DNA of 64,000 nucleotides. It comes from a bacterium. GTDB lineage: Bacteria; Bacillota; Clostridia; Lachnospirales; Lachnospiraceae. The notes beneath the pieces were generated by a model. It searched no databases. It was not told the origin of the DNA and saw only the letters and a program-made list of their open reading frames with translations. This document shows positions 20,322-28,502 of this stretch, piece by piece. Location: positions 60-64,059 of the forward strand of contig CAVKQI010000003.1 in assembly GCA_963658405.1 (NCBI GenBank). The letters are read 5' to 3'. The translations under genes were made by a program, and so were the position numbers. Each line of letters starts with the position of its first letter. Position 1 is the first letter of the stretch.

Positions 20322-20437
20322 ATTGTCCTCATTTCTGCGCAGAAGTGCTGCGAGAAGGCGGTCGAAACTTCCGATCCTGCCTGCCGATTTTCGTCTGTCG
20401 GCTGTCCGGTTTTCCTGCTGCCGCGACCGCTTCTTCT

Positions 20438-21172
20438 CTATTCCGCAGGCTGCAGCAGCATTTCGGTCAATACCTCATTGTCAGCAGCCAGCGCATCTGC
20501 CCCTGCTGTCAGGAGTTCCTCGTCACTCCCGTAGCCGAACTGCACACCGATGCCGTAAACGCCGTTTTTCTTGGCACCTTCCATGTCGAATCTTCTGTCT
20601 CCTACCATAACTGTACGCTGATGGAAACTCTCACGGTCTTCGGCGACCTCGCTGCCGACGTTTTCGTTTCGTTTCTTTTCCAGCTCATAGAGCTGCTCCA
20701 GGGCATCTGCCACGATCTGTTCCTTATCGCTGGCCAGTATCTTGCCGTCCACCTCCCGGCTTATATCACTGCCCACCACCACGTCAAAGTACTCTTTCAT
20801 TGCAAAGCGCTCCAGGACACGCTCCACGTGGATCTGGGGTTTGCTGGAAGCCACTGCCAGCAGCAGGCCCTCTTCTTTGCAACGCTGCAGCATGGCAATG
20901 GTGCCGGGATAGGGAGAATTTTCCCAGATGCCCTCATCATCATAGAGGGAACGGAATTTCTCCACGGCGCTCTTGATCTGCTCCTCGTTCATTCCGTAAA
21001 AAGTATGGAAGGAATAATTAAGCGGCGGTCCCATAAAGCGGTTCAGCTTCTCCTGATCATTCTCCGTGATGCCGCAGCTCTCCAATGCCGCCTGCACACA
21101 TCTCTTGACGCCGGGACCCGAATCCGTCAGTGTTCCGTCCATATCAAATAATACATTGTTAAATCGGCGCAT
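20438..21172 (-). CDS. HAD-superfamily hydrolase (phosphoglycolate-phosphatase-like)
   Basis: Motif I FDMDGTLTDS, motif II ..AVASSK.., and a distal GDRRFDMEGA. Confidence 0.8.
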   Translation of the reverse strand: MRRFNNVLFDMDGTLTDSGPGVKRCVQAALESCGITENDQEKLNRFMGPPLNYSFHTFYGMNEEQIKSAVEKFRSLYDDEGIWENSPYPGTIAMLQRCKEEGLLLAVASSKPQIHVERVLERFAMKEYFDVVVGSDISREVDGKILASDKEQIVADALEQLYELEKKRNENVGSEVAEDRESFHQRTVMVGDRRFDMEGAKKNGVYGIGVQFGYGSDEELLTAGADALAADNEVLTEMLLQPAE

Positions 21173-21215
21173 GCCTGTACCTCACTTCTCCTTAGATTTT
21201 ATGTCTGACTTTTCT

Positions 21216-21243
21216 ATTTTAAGGCTGCACGGGGAAATGTCAA
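21216..21243 (-). promoter_or_regulatory. Candidate promoter for the HAD gene
   Basis: Minus-sense TTGACA (21238-21243), 16 nt, TAAAAT (21216-21221). Confidence 0.5.
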
Positions 21244-21249
21244 CATCAC

Positions 21250-21295
21250 CATAAAATCCCACCGCATGCAGCAGCGCCGCATACGATGGGATTTT
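21250..21295 (-). terminator. Intrinsic terminator after the amt gene
   Basis: Minus-sense stem AATCCCATCGTATGC/GCATGCGGTGGGATT followed by TTTTA. It has two G-U pairs in minus sense, which would be A-C mismatches in plus sense. Confidence 0.6.
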
Positions 21296-21393
21296 GTCTG
21301 AGGGCATTATAATTTCACAGGGTTCTTAAAACAACATCTGCTCCTTACCGGATGCAGTCCCGGAAATCTGCAAATTCTGACTGCAGAACCGTA

Positions 21394-23124
21394 TTATTCC
21401 ACATCCTGCAGAGCTGCGAGATCTTCCTCACCGGTACGAACCTTTACGACCTTTAATACATCGTAAACGAAGATCTTGCCGTCACCAATGTGACCGGTAT
21501 AGAGAACCTTCTTGGCTGTCTCGATGACCTTGCTTACCGGAATCTTGGCAATGATGACTTCCAGCTTGATCTTGGGAAGAAGCGTGCTGTCCATCTCAAC
21601 GCCGCGGTAGTATTCGCCGGAGCCCTTCTGGATGCCGCAGCCCATAACCTGTGTCATGGTCATGCCGGTAACACCGATGGCATTAAGCGCATTCTTCAGT
21701 TCTTCAAACTTGGAAAGTCTGGTGATGATAACTACCTTATGAAGGCCGGTAGCCAGGCTGGCCGGTGCCTTTTCCTCTACGACCGGAACAGCTGCGTTCT
21801 TCTGTGCCTCGGTTGCCTCTACATAGCGGTCCTCACCCAGATCGGTGTTTTCGTTGACAGACATGTCTGCCATAGCCACATCGGTGATGGAGAAGCCTGC
21901 ATAGGCGCTTGCCAGGCCGTGCTCGTGAATGTCAAGACCATCGATCTCCACCTGTGCCGGAACACGAAGACCTACGAACTTATCAATAAGCTTGTAAACA
22001 ATGGTAACGGTAACAGCTACCCAGACGATGACTGCAGCAACACCCAGGATCTGGATGCCGAGCTGCTTGAAGCCGCCGCCGTAGAAGAGGCCAAGACCTA
22101 CACCGTCAGCGCCGGTGGAGAAAAGGCCTACCATGATGGTACCCATAGCGCCGCAGACACCGTGTACGGAAATAGCGCCTACCGGGTCATCTACCTTGAA
22201 CTTCACATCGAGGATCTCTACGGAGAAGACGATCACGATGCCGGTAACGATACCGATGATGGCGGAACCTGCAGGAGAAACAGCGTCGCAGCCTGCCGTG
22301 ATGGCTACCAGACCTGCCAGCGAGCCGTTGAAAGTCATGGAAACATCGGGCTTCTTATAGCGGATCCAGGTAAAGATCATGACGGTAACAGTAGCTACTG
22401 CTGCGCAGAGGTTGGTGTTTACAAAGATCATGCTGGCGGAGATCACATTTTCGTCAGAGCTCATGGCAACCGTGGAGCAGCCGTTGAAACCGAACCAGCA
22501 GAACCACAGGATAAACACGCCCAGTGCCATAGCGGTCATGCTGTGACCTAAGATCGCATGGGACTTGCCGTCCTTGGAATACTTGCCGATACGGGGTCCA
22601 AGGATGATAGCGCCGATGAGTGCGCAGACACCGCCTACCATGTGCACGGCGGTAGAACCTGCGAAATCATGGAAGCCAAGCTGGGAGAGCCAGCCGCCGC
22701 CCCAGATCCAGTGACCGGAGATGGGATAGATGAAAGCGGAAATAGCCAGGCTGTACAGGCAGTAAGCCTTGAAGTTGGTACGCTCTGCCATGGAACCGGA
22801 AACGATGGTAGCAGAGGTAGCACAGAATACTGTCTGGAAGATCAGATAGCACCAGGTGGGCAGGGTGCCGAAATCATAGGTGCCGGTTACGAAGGGATCA
22901 AAGCCGCCGATCAGCGCGCCGGAGCCGCCGAACATCAGGCCAAAGCCCAGGAACCAGTATACGGGGGTGCCGATGCAGAAATCCATCAGGTTCTTCATCA
23001 GAATGTTGCCGGTGTTCTTCGCTCTGGTCAGACCGGCTTCACACATGGCAAAACCGGCTTGCATGAAGAAGACCATGGCTGCACCCAACAGGGTCCAGAT
23101 TACGTCTACAGATGAATACGTCAT
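21394..23124 (-). CDS. amtB: Ammonium transporter fused to a C-terminal P-II (GlnK/GlnB-like) domain
   Basis: The start was moved to [10 protein letters not shown] (GAGGAGG upstream). The Amt/MEP core spans about 410 aa, followed by a roughly 40-aa linker. The C-terminal domain of about 112 aa is ..[56 protein letters not shown].., which is the P-II fold signature with a T-loop YRG. Confidence 0.85.
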   Translation of the reverse strand: MTYSSVDVIWTLLGAAMVFFMQAGFAMCEAGLTRAKNTGNILMKNLMDFCIGTPVYWFLGFGLMFGGSGALIGGFDPFVTGTYDFGTLPTWCYLIFQTVFCATSATIVSGSMAERTNFKAYCLYSLAISAFIYPISGHWIWGGGWLSQLGFHDFAGSTAVHMVGGVCALIGAIILGPRIGKYSKDGKSHAILGHSMTAMALGVFILWFCWFGFNGCSTVAMSSDENVISASMIFVNTNLCAAVATVTVMIFTWIRYKKPDVSMTFNGSLAGLVAITAGCDAVSPAGSAIIGIVTGIVIVFSVEILDVKFKVDDPVGAISVHGVCGAMGTIMVGLFSTGADGVGLGLFYGGGFKQLGIQILGVAAVIVWVAVTVTIVYKLIDKFVGLRVPAQVEIDGLDIHEHGLASAYAGFSITDVAMADMSVNENTDLGEDRYVEATEAQKNAAVPVVEEKAPASLATGLHKVVIITRLSKFEELKNALNAIGVTGMTMTQVMGCGIQKGSGEYYRGVEMDSTLLPKIKLEVIIAKIPVSKVIETAKKVLYTGHIGDGKIFVYDVLKVVKVRTGEEDLAALQDVE

Positions 23125-23225
23125 AATTACTTCCTCCTCATAAATGCAGTGCCGTGCCGCCGTAGGGCGGCGGGACATGATAAATGAAAGGCAGCTCTCA
23201 CCGACGGCCGATCGCTCCGAGGATG

Positions 23226-23259
23226 AAAAAAAGACGCCGGGAGAAAATCTCCCAGCGCC
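23226..23259 (-). terminator. Intrinsic terminator inside the amt leader
   Basis: Minus-sense GGCGCTGGGAGA-TTT-TCTCCCGGCGTC followed by TTTTTTT. It lies about 30 nt after the predicted TSS and about 100 nt before the ATG. Confidence 0.7.
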
Positions 23260-23292
23260 TTTGCTGTCGCCTGACCATTCATTTATGCGGTA

Positions 23293-23321
23293 AGTGTAGC
23301 TTATGTGAAATCATTAGTCAA
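23293..23321 (-). promoter_or_regulatory. Candidate amt promoter
   Basis: Minus-sense TTGACT (23316-23321), 17 nt, TACACT (23293-23298). Confidence 0.55.
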
Positions 23322-23330
23322 TAACTTTTT

Positions 23331-23344
23331 TTCACAATTGTGAA
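23331..23344. promoter_or_regulatory. Perfect 14-bp palindrome upstream of the amt -35 element
   Basis: TTCACAATTGTGAA, ending 9 nt upstream of the -35 hexamer. Confidence 0.4.
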
Positions 23345-23506
23345 GAATCTTAACGTATCTCTTCAAAATATCTCTGAACAAAATCTATAATTTTTATGCT
23401 GTTAACCGATTTCATCACCTTTTTCAGGTCATCATCCAAATCCAATAACCTTACCACGACTGAACCCCCTGCTGAGATCTAAGTCGAAAATGATTATGAA
23501 ACCTGT

Positions 23507-25447
23507 TTACTTCTGCTTCTCGTCCAGTGTCCGCATGGAATTAAGGATCGCCAGCACAGCTACGCCTACATCGGCAAAGACGGCGGCCCACATGTTGGCG
23601 ATACCCAGGGCACCTAAAAGCAGTACCAGGATCTTGACGCCTAAGGCAAATACCACATTCTGCTTTACAATGCGCAGGGTCTTCCGGGAGATCTTTACCA
23701 CGCCGGCGATCTTGCGCACATCGTCATCCATCAGGACGATATCCGCCGCCTCGATAGCCGCATCAGATCCCATGCTGCCCATGGCGATGCCGATATCCGC
23801 TCTGGTTAATACCGGCGCGTCGTTGATGCCGTCTCCTACGAACGCCACCTTATCCTTTTCATTTCTATCCTGCAGCAGCGCCTCTACTCCGGACACCTTG
23901 TCAGCAGGCAGCAGCTCTGCATGAAATTCGTCGATACCGATCTCGGAAGCCACTGCCGCCGCAGTCTCTTTCCGGTCGCCGGTGAGCATCACGGTCTTTC
24001 TGACACCCACAGCCTTCATATCGCGAATGGCCTCGGCTGCCCCTTCCTTAATGGTATCGGAGATCACGATGCAGCCCTGATAGATGCCGTCGGCTGCCAC
24101 ATAGACTACCGTACCGGCACTGCTGCATTCTTCACAGGCAATGCCATGATCCGTAAGCAGAGAGCTGTTCCCCAGAAGTACCTTCCGGCCGTCCACTACG
24201 GCTGACAGGCCGTGACCGGCAGTCTCCTGCGCCTCTTCTACTCTGTCTGTATCGAGCTTCTTTCCGTAGGCTTCCCGGATGGATTCTGCAATGGGATGGG
24301 TAGAGAAAGCCTCTCCCAGGGCCGCCAGTTCCAGTAAGGCAGCCTTTTGCTCCTCCTGCTGCTTCGTATCCAGTACCTGCTGACCGCCATTTGTTTTTCC
24401 GGCAGGTCTGATCTCCGTGACCTTGAATTCTCCCTTTGTCAGGGTGCCGGTCTTGTCAAAGACAATGGTAGAGACCTCTGCCATGGCCTCCAGATAGTTG
24501 CTTCCCTTTACCAGCACGCCGATCTTCGAAGCGGCGCCGATGCCGCCGAAGAACCCCAGAGGTACGGAAATGACCAATGCACAGGGGCAGGAAATAACCA
24601 GGAATGTGCAGGCTCTCTGGATCCAGTCTGCCCATACGCCGATCCCGGCGCCCGCAAAGAGCATCAGGCAAATCGGCGGCAGGACAGCCAGGATCACCGC
24701 ACCGATGGTCACGATGGGCGTATAGTATTTGGCAAAGCGGGTGATGAAATTCTCCATCTTTGCCTTCTTGCTGCTGGCATTTTCCACCAGTTCCAGGATC
24801 CTGGCTACCGTGGAATCCTCATAGGCCTTGGTGACGCGCACCTTCAGGGTGCCGCTGCCGTTTAAACATCCGCTGATGATGGGATCTCCGGTCTGCACCT
24901 TGCGCGGCACGGATTCGCCGGTCAGAGCGGCTGTATCCACAAAGGAACTGCCCTCCGTCACGATACCGTCCAGCGGTACTCTCTCTCCGGCCTTGATGAC
25001 GATGATGTCATCGATCTGTACATCGTCGGGATCCACTTCCTCCAGTGTGCCGTCCTTTTCCAGATTTGCGTATTCCGGGGCGATATCCATCATGGCAGTA
25101 ATGGACTGCCGGGACTTGCCCACCGCATAGCTCTGGAACAGCTCTCCCACCTGGTAGAAGAGCATGACGGCCACGGCCTCCAGATACTCCTGTACGCCGA
25201 ACGCGCCAAAGGTGGCGATCATCATCAGGAAATTTTCATCGAATACCTGCCCGTGGCGGATATTGATAAAGGCCTTCCGCAGTACATCGTATCCCACAAT
25301 CAGATAAGGCACCAGATAAGGGATCATCCGAAGCCATCTGTTGGAAATCTGCTCCATGGTGCCTGTCTTATCCAGGATAAGCAGGATCACAAACAATACC
25401 AGAGAGATCAGTATCCGCTGCAGGGACTGTTTCTGTTTTTTTGTCAT
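23507..25447 (-). CDS. P1B-type heavy-metal-translocating ATPase (Cd/Zn/Co type, CadA/ZntA-like), without an N-terminal HMA domain
   Basis: The start was moved to MTKKQKQS (GGAGA 5 nt upstream). Motifs are the TM6 CPC (SCPCALVIS), DKTGTLT and VGDGINDAP. Confidence 0.9.
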   Translation of the reverse strand: MTKKQKQSLQRILISLVLFVILLILDKTGTMEQISNRWLRMIPYLVPYLIVGYDVLRKAFINIRHGQVFDENFLMMIATFGAFGVQEYLEAVAVMLFYQVGELFQSYAVGKSRQSITAMMDIAPEYANLEKDGTLEEVDPDDVQIDDIIVIKAGERVPLDGIVTEGSSFVDTAALTGESVPRKVQTGDPIISGCLNGSGTLKVRVTKAYEDSTVARILELVENASSKKAKMENFITRFAKYYTPIVTIGAVILAVLPPICLMLFAGAGIGVWADWIQRACTFLVISCPCALVISVPLGFFGGIGAASKIGVLVKGSNYLEAMAEVSTIVFDKTGTLTKGEFKVTEIRPAGKTNGGQQVLDTKQQEEQKAALLELAALGEAFSTHPIAESIREAYGKKLDTDRVEEAQETAGHGLSAVVDGRKVLLGNSSLLTDHGIACEECSSAGTVVYVAADGIYQGCIVISDTIKEGAAEAIRDMKAVGVRKTVMLTGDRKETAAAVASEIGIDEFHAELLPADKVSGVEALLQDRNEKDKVAFVGDGINDAPVLTRADIGIAMGSMGSDAAIEAADIVLMDDDVRKIAGVVKISRKTLRIVKQNVVFALGVKILVLLLGALGIANMWAAVFADVGVAVLAILNSMRTLDEKQK

Positions 25448-25459
25448 TCTAATCTCCAT

Positions 25460-25617
25460 TCCGTAGGCGTCCGCGCCGGAGGAATCGCAAACCGAATCAA
25501 AGATTCGCTTCAGCGAATCTTTGATTCGGTTTGCGCTCAGGGCTATTTGTGACGCCTACGACACAAATAGCTGTGTACCCAATACGATAGCGATCGTATT
25601 GGGTACACTTCTCTCCT
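25460..25617 (-). repeat. Cluster of long perfect hairpins between the HMA gene and the ATPase gene
   Basis: 23-bp perfect stem at 25487-25534. Outer arms are CGTAGGCGTC (25462-25471) and GACGCCTACG (25551-25560). Hairpin GCTATTTGTG/CACAAATAGC (25542-25571) has the outer right arm as its loop. A 16-bp perfect stem GTGTACCCAATACGAT/ATCGTATTGGGTACAC lies at 25573-25608. Confidence 0.85.
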
Positions 25618-25836
25618 TTACCGAAGAATCCTGCAGTCCGGCTCTACTTTGGCGCAGACCTTCACCACTTCGTCCATGATGGCATCAAACTTCTCATCCA
25701 CTGCATCCACGGTCATCTTCTGCATCAGAAAGTTTACCGACGCGTCATTGACACCGTCGATCTTCTTGATGGCATCCTCCATCTTTGCAGCGCATTCTGC
25801 GCAGTCCAGGTCCTCGAGCTTGAATTTCTTTTTCAT
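25618..25836 (-). CDS. Stand-alone heavy-metal-associated (HMA) domain protein
   Basis: 72 aa with the ferredoxin-like HMA pattern and metal motif LDCAECAAK (CxxC). Confidence 0.8.
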   Translation of the reverse strand: MKKKFKLEDLDCAECAAKMEDAIKKIDGVNDASVNFLMQKMTVDAVDEKFDAIMDEVVKVCAKVEPDCRILR

Positions 25837-26010
25837 ACTTACCTCTTTCTGCCGCTGCTTTGCAGCGGCTGCATGAGGAGAATTTCGCGAAGGCGAATTC
25901 TCCGATGTGATCCTCCATGGATGACGCTTCCGTCATCCATGGGTTTGCAGGAAATGCCATCGGGCATTTCCTGCAAACTTGCCTCCTTCTGCCGCTGCTT
26001 TGCAGTGGCC
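25837..26010 (-). repeat. Family-1 module, full copy flanked by two hp1+SD copies
   Basis: Plus-strand order: hp1 at 25851-25869, hp2 GGAGAATTTCGCG/GGCGAATTCTCC at 25877-25903, hp3 CCATGGATGAC/GTCATCCATGG at 25915-25942, hp4 TTTGCAGGAAATGCC/GGCATTTCCTGCAAA at 25944-25977, and a second hp1 at 25991-26009 abutting the cadC-like stop. Each hp1 is followed in sense orientation by AGAAAGAGG or AGAAGGAGG. Confidence 0.85.
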
Positions 26011-26388
26011 TCACTCTTCAATGTGCTCCCGTCCCTGGGCAATGATCGTTGCCACATGGGCATCCGCCAGAGAATAAAGCACCTGTTTGCCATCCCGCCG
26101 ATTCTTTACCAGTGCCGACTGCTTTAGGATGCGCAGCTGATGGGATATAGCCGACTGTGTCATCTGCAGCGTCTGGGCGATATCGCAGACACACATCTCA
26201 CTCTGAAAAAGCACAAACAGGATGCGAAGGCGGGTGGAATCCCCGAATACCTTGAACAGATCCGCCAGATCACTGAGTTCGTTCTCCTCCGGCATACAGT
26301 CATGAACAGCCTGTACCTTGTCCGGATGGGTCTCGAAAATATCACAGCACTCGGCATCTCTCACCGGTCTCTCGGAATCGTTATGCAT
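26011..26388 (-). CDS. ArsR/SmtB-family metalloregulator (CadC-like)
   Basis: The start was moved to MHNDSERP (GGAGG upstream). The wHTH carries ..SEMCVCDIAQTLQMTQSAISHQLRILK.. Confidence 0.85.
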   Translation of the reverse strand: MHNDSERPVRDAECCDIFETHPDKVQAVHDCMPEENELSDLADLFKVFGDSTRLRILFVLFQSEMCVCDIAQTLQMTQSAISHQLRILKQSALVKNRRDGKQVLYSLADAHVATIIAQGREHIEE

Positions 26389-26403
26389 GATGGCCTCCTT
26401 CCT

Positions 26404-26476
26404 TTGAACGTTCAATCATATGAGCATTTATTCATATGATTGAGTCAAATATACCCCTTCTGTTTTCTCCTGTCAA
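26404..26476 (-). promoter_or_regulatory. Promoter plus ArsR-type operator of the cadC-HMA-ATPase operon
   Basis: Minus-sense TTGACA (26471-26476), 17 nt, TATATT (26448-26453). Immediately downstream is a 12-8-12 inverted repeat TCAATCATATGA/TCATATGATTGA (26412-26443), overlapped by the palindrome TTGAACGTTCAA (26404-26415). Confidence 0.65.
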
Positions 26477-26496
26477 GATAAATTATCTATCCGCGC

Positions 26497-27450
26497 CTAT
26501 TCCCTGATCAGCTTAAATACCGCGGAATGGGAATAGGTCACGCTTTCCGTATGGGCGAAAAGCACCACACCGGAAACCGGCGCTGTGATCTGGGTAAGCA
26601 AAGACGCATCCAGGGTGCTGTCGATCTGTGCCAGGATCTGGCCCTGCTGCACATACTCGCCGGGCTTTACATAGCCATGGAAGAATCCGGCTCTGGGTGC
26701 TCTGACCGTGATAAGATCCTCATCCTCTACGATCTTTGACTGTGCCGGCCTGTAGTCGCTGTATGCTGCTTCCTTTTCCTCGTCCAGGGCGGTGAGCAGA
26801 CCCGTCTGTTTCATAAAGTGCAAAATGGCAGAGACCGCCTCCTTGCTGCTCTTTCGATCCACCGTCTCCGTATTGGTGGTATACAGGGAAAAGGCATCCG
26901 TCTCCCAGATCTGCCAGTTGTAATTCAAGGTCGTGGTATCAAAGGGTCTGGGTTCTCTGACCATCACGTAAGGAAGACCGAATGCCCCGGCCAGCTCCTT
27001 ATTCTCAAAACCTGTCTTCATCACCCGGATATGGGGCATAAAGGAACCCTTCATGTAAAAAGAGGCGAACTGGATCCCCATGCGGTACTCTTTGATGCCC
27101 TCAAAGATTCCTGCGGCGATCCGCTGCGTGGTCTCCCCGGCGTCATAGCCGGGAAACATACGGTTGATGTCTGTATTGTCGATAGACCAGAACCGCTTCT
27201 TGATATTGAGCGAGGCGGGATTAGCACAGGGAATCACCAGGATCTCCTTGTCCTTTGCAAGTTTGCCCTCTGCCTCCAGTTCCTTAAGGCGCCCTGCCAG
27301 ATGCGCCGCCGTATACAACTGCTGATATTCATTGCCCCGCAGACTCCCCAGGACACAGAGTGCCTTTTCGCCGCTGCCGAAGCTAAGACCTTCTACCTTG
27401 AATTCATCCCGATATAAAGGATGAAAGGAATATATGATTTCTTTTTTCAC
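26497..27450 (-). CDS. AstE/AspA-family (succinylglutamate desuccinylase/aspartoacylase-like) protein lacking the zinc-ligand histidines
   Basis: The start was moved to GTG 27450 (VKKEIIYSF), after AGAAAGGGA. It is a paralogue of 27582..28502. GSLRGNEYQQ replaces GVHGDELEG, and IQFASFY replaces DIHASNIF. Confidence 0.65.
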   Translation of the reverse strand: MKKEIIYSFHPLYRDEFKVEGLSFGSGEKALCVLGSLRGNEYQQLYTAAHLAGRLKELEAEGKLAKDKEILVIPCANPASLNIKKRFWSIDNTDINRMFPGYDAGETTQRIAAGIFEGIKEYRMGIQFASFYMKGSFMPHIRVMKTGFENKELAGAFGLPYVMVREPRPFDTTTLNYNWQIWETDAFSLYTTNTETVDRKSSKEAVSAILHFMKQTGLLTALDEEKEAAYSDYRPAQSKIVEDEDLITVRAPRAGFFHGYVKPGEYVQQGQILAQIDSTLDASLLTQITAPVSGVVLFAHTESVTYSHSAVFKLIRE

Positions 27451-27581
27451 ACTTTCCCTTTCTATGCCGCTGCAGCACAGCGGCAGCATGCAGAGAATTT
27501 CGCGTAAGTGCATTCTCCGATGTAAGCCCTGCGGATGACGCCTACGGCATCCATGGGGATTACATCCTGCAGGTAAGCTCC
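27451..27581 (-). repeat. Family-1 module, partly degenerate
   Basis: hp1 TGCCGCTG-CAGCA-CAGCGGCA at 27465-27485, an hp2 remnant (GAGAAT/ATTCTC arms) at 27493-27517, and an hp3 remnant ..GGATGACG..CATCC.. at 27526-27557. Confidence 0.7.
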
Positions 27582-28502
27582 TTATTGCTTCAGAATCCTT
27601 CCCATCAAAGAGCCTACCTGCACCACCGGATATTCCCGGGTGGTAAACAGAAGACCCTCATGCTCTGCCTTTACAGTGCAGAGCTTTTCTCCGGAAAGAG
27701 GATCCACCAACACGCCCAGCACGGTGCCGGGCTGTACTCTGCTGCCCACTTCTTTTTCTTTGATGAAAATACCGGAAGCCGGTGCATTCAAAAAATCCAC
27801 CGCATCCGGCCGGTTGGAGACCAGGGGCTTTCGCACCGGGCAGTCCTCTCCCTGCCAGATGCCCATTTCCTTCATGGTATGCATAAGGCCGTCCACCAGC
27901 TGTATACCGTATTCTCTGGTAATGCGCATGCCTACACCCATCTCCACCACCAGAGTAGGCGTGCCCCGGCTGTTCAGGCTGTAGGCCAGCGTGGATTCCA
28001 GCACGGTGGAATTCTGGTGCACCCAGATAAAGTCCACATTCATCTGGGCCGCATAGGGCAGAAGATTCTTCTCATGGAGCTCATTGATGCGGATCTGCGG
28101 CATCTCTGTCAGGAAAATATTGCTGGCATGGATGTCCACCACCAGGTCTGCCCCCTGCAGATCCTCCAGGATCTCATCGGCGATATGCTCGTACATATCT
28201 CCTTCCTCGGAGCCGGGAAAGATCCGGTTCATATCGAGGTCAAAGGCCGGCAGTCCCCGCATAATGGTATCGATTCCCATGGGATTCATGGCTGGATAGA
28301 TATCCACGATGCCGGATAGAAGCTCCGGTGCCTCCTGCAGTCGTCTGGCCAGCTCATAGGCCACAAACTGGCCTTCCAGTTCATCCCCGTGCACGCCGGT
28401 GACGACACAGATCCGCCTGCCGCCTTCCTTCCCCAGCCGGTTCTTTCGAATACACAAATGCTCACAGACCGGCAATTCTACGCTTGTAATGGTTTTTATC
28501 AT
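27582..28502 (-). CDS. AstE/AspA-family zinc deacylase/carboxypeptidase-like protein
   Basis: 306 aa with the HxxE motif GVHGDELEG and a second His in VVDIHASN. Confidence 0.75.
   Translation of the reverse strand: MIKTITSVELPVCEHLCIRKNRLGKEGGRRICVVTGVHGDELEGQFVAYELARRLQEAPELLSGIVDIYPAMNPMGIDTIMRGLPAFDLDMNRIFPGSEEGDMYEHIADEILEDLQGADLVVDIHASNIFLTEMPQIRINELHEKNLLPYAAQMNVDFIWVHQNSTVLESTLAYSLNSRGTPTLVVEMGVGMRITREYGIQLVDGLMHTMKEMGIWQGEDCPVRKPLVSNRPDAVDFLNAPASGIFIKEKEVGSRVQPGTVLGVLVDPLSGEKLCTVKAEHEGLLFTTREYPVVQVGSLMGRILKQ

Noticed and set aside
25460-25836. Calling the HMA gene plus ATPase a single gene split by insertion (pseudogene).
   Set aside because: Each ORF has its own SD and start, and stand-alone HMA proteins next to HMA-less ATPases are common. 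A split origin is possible but cannot be shown without orthologue comparison.
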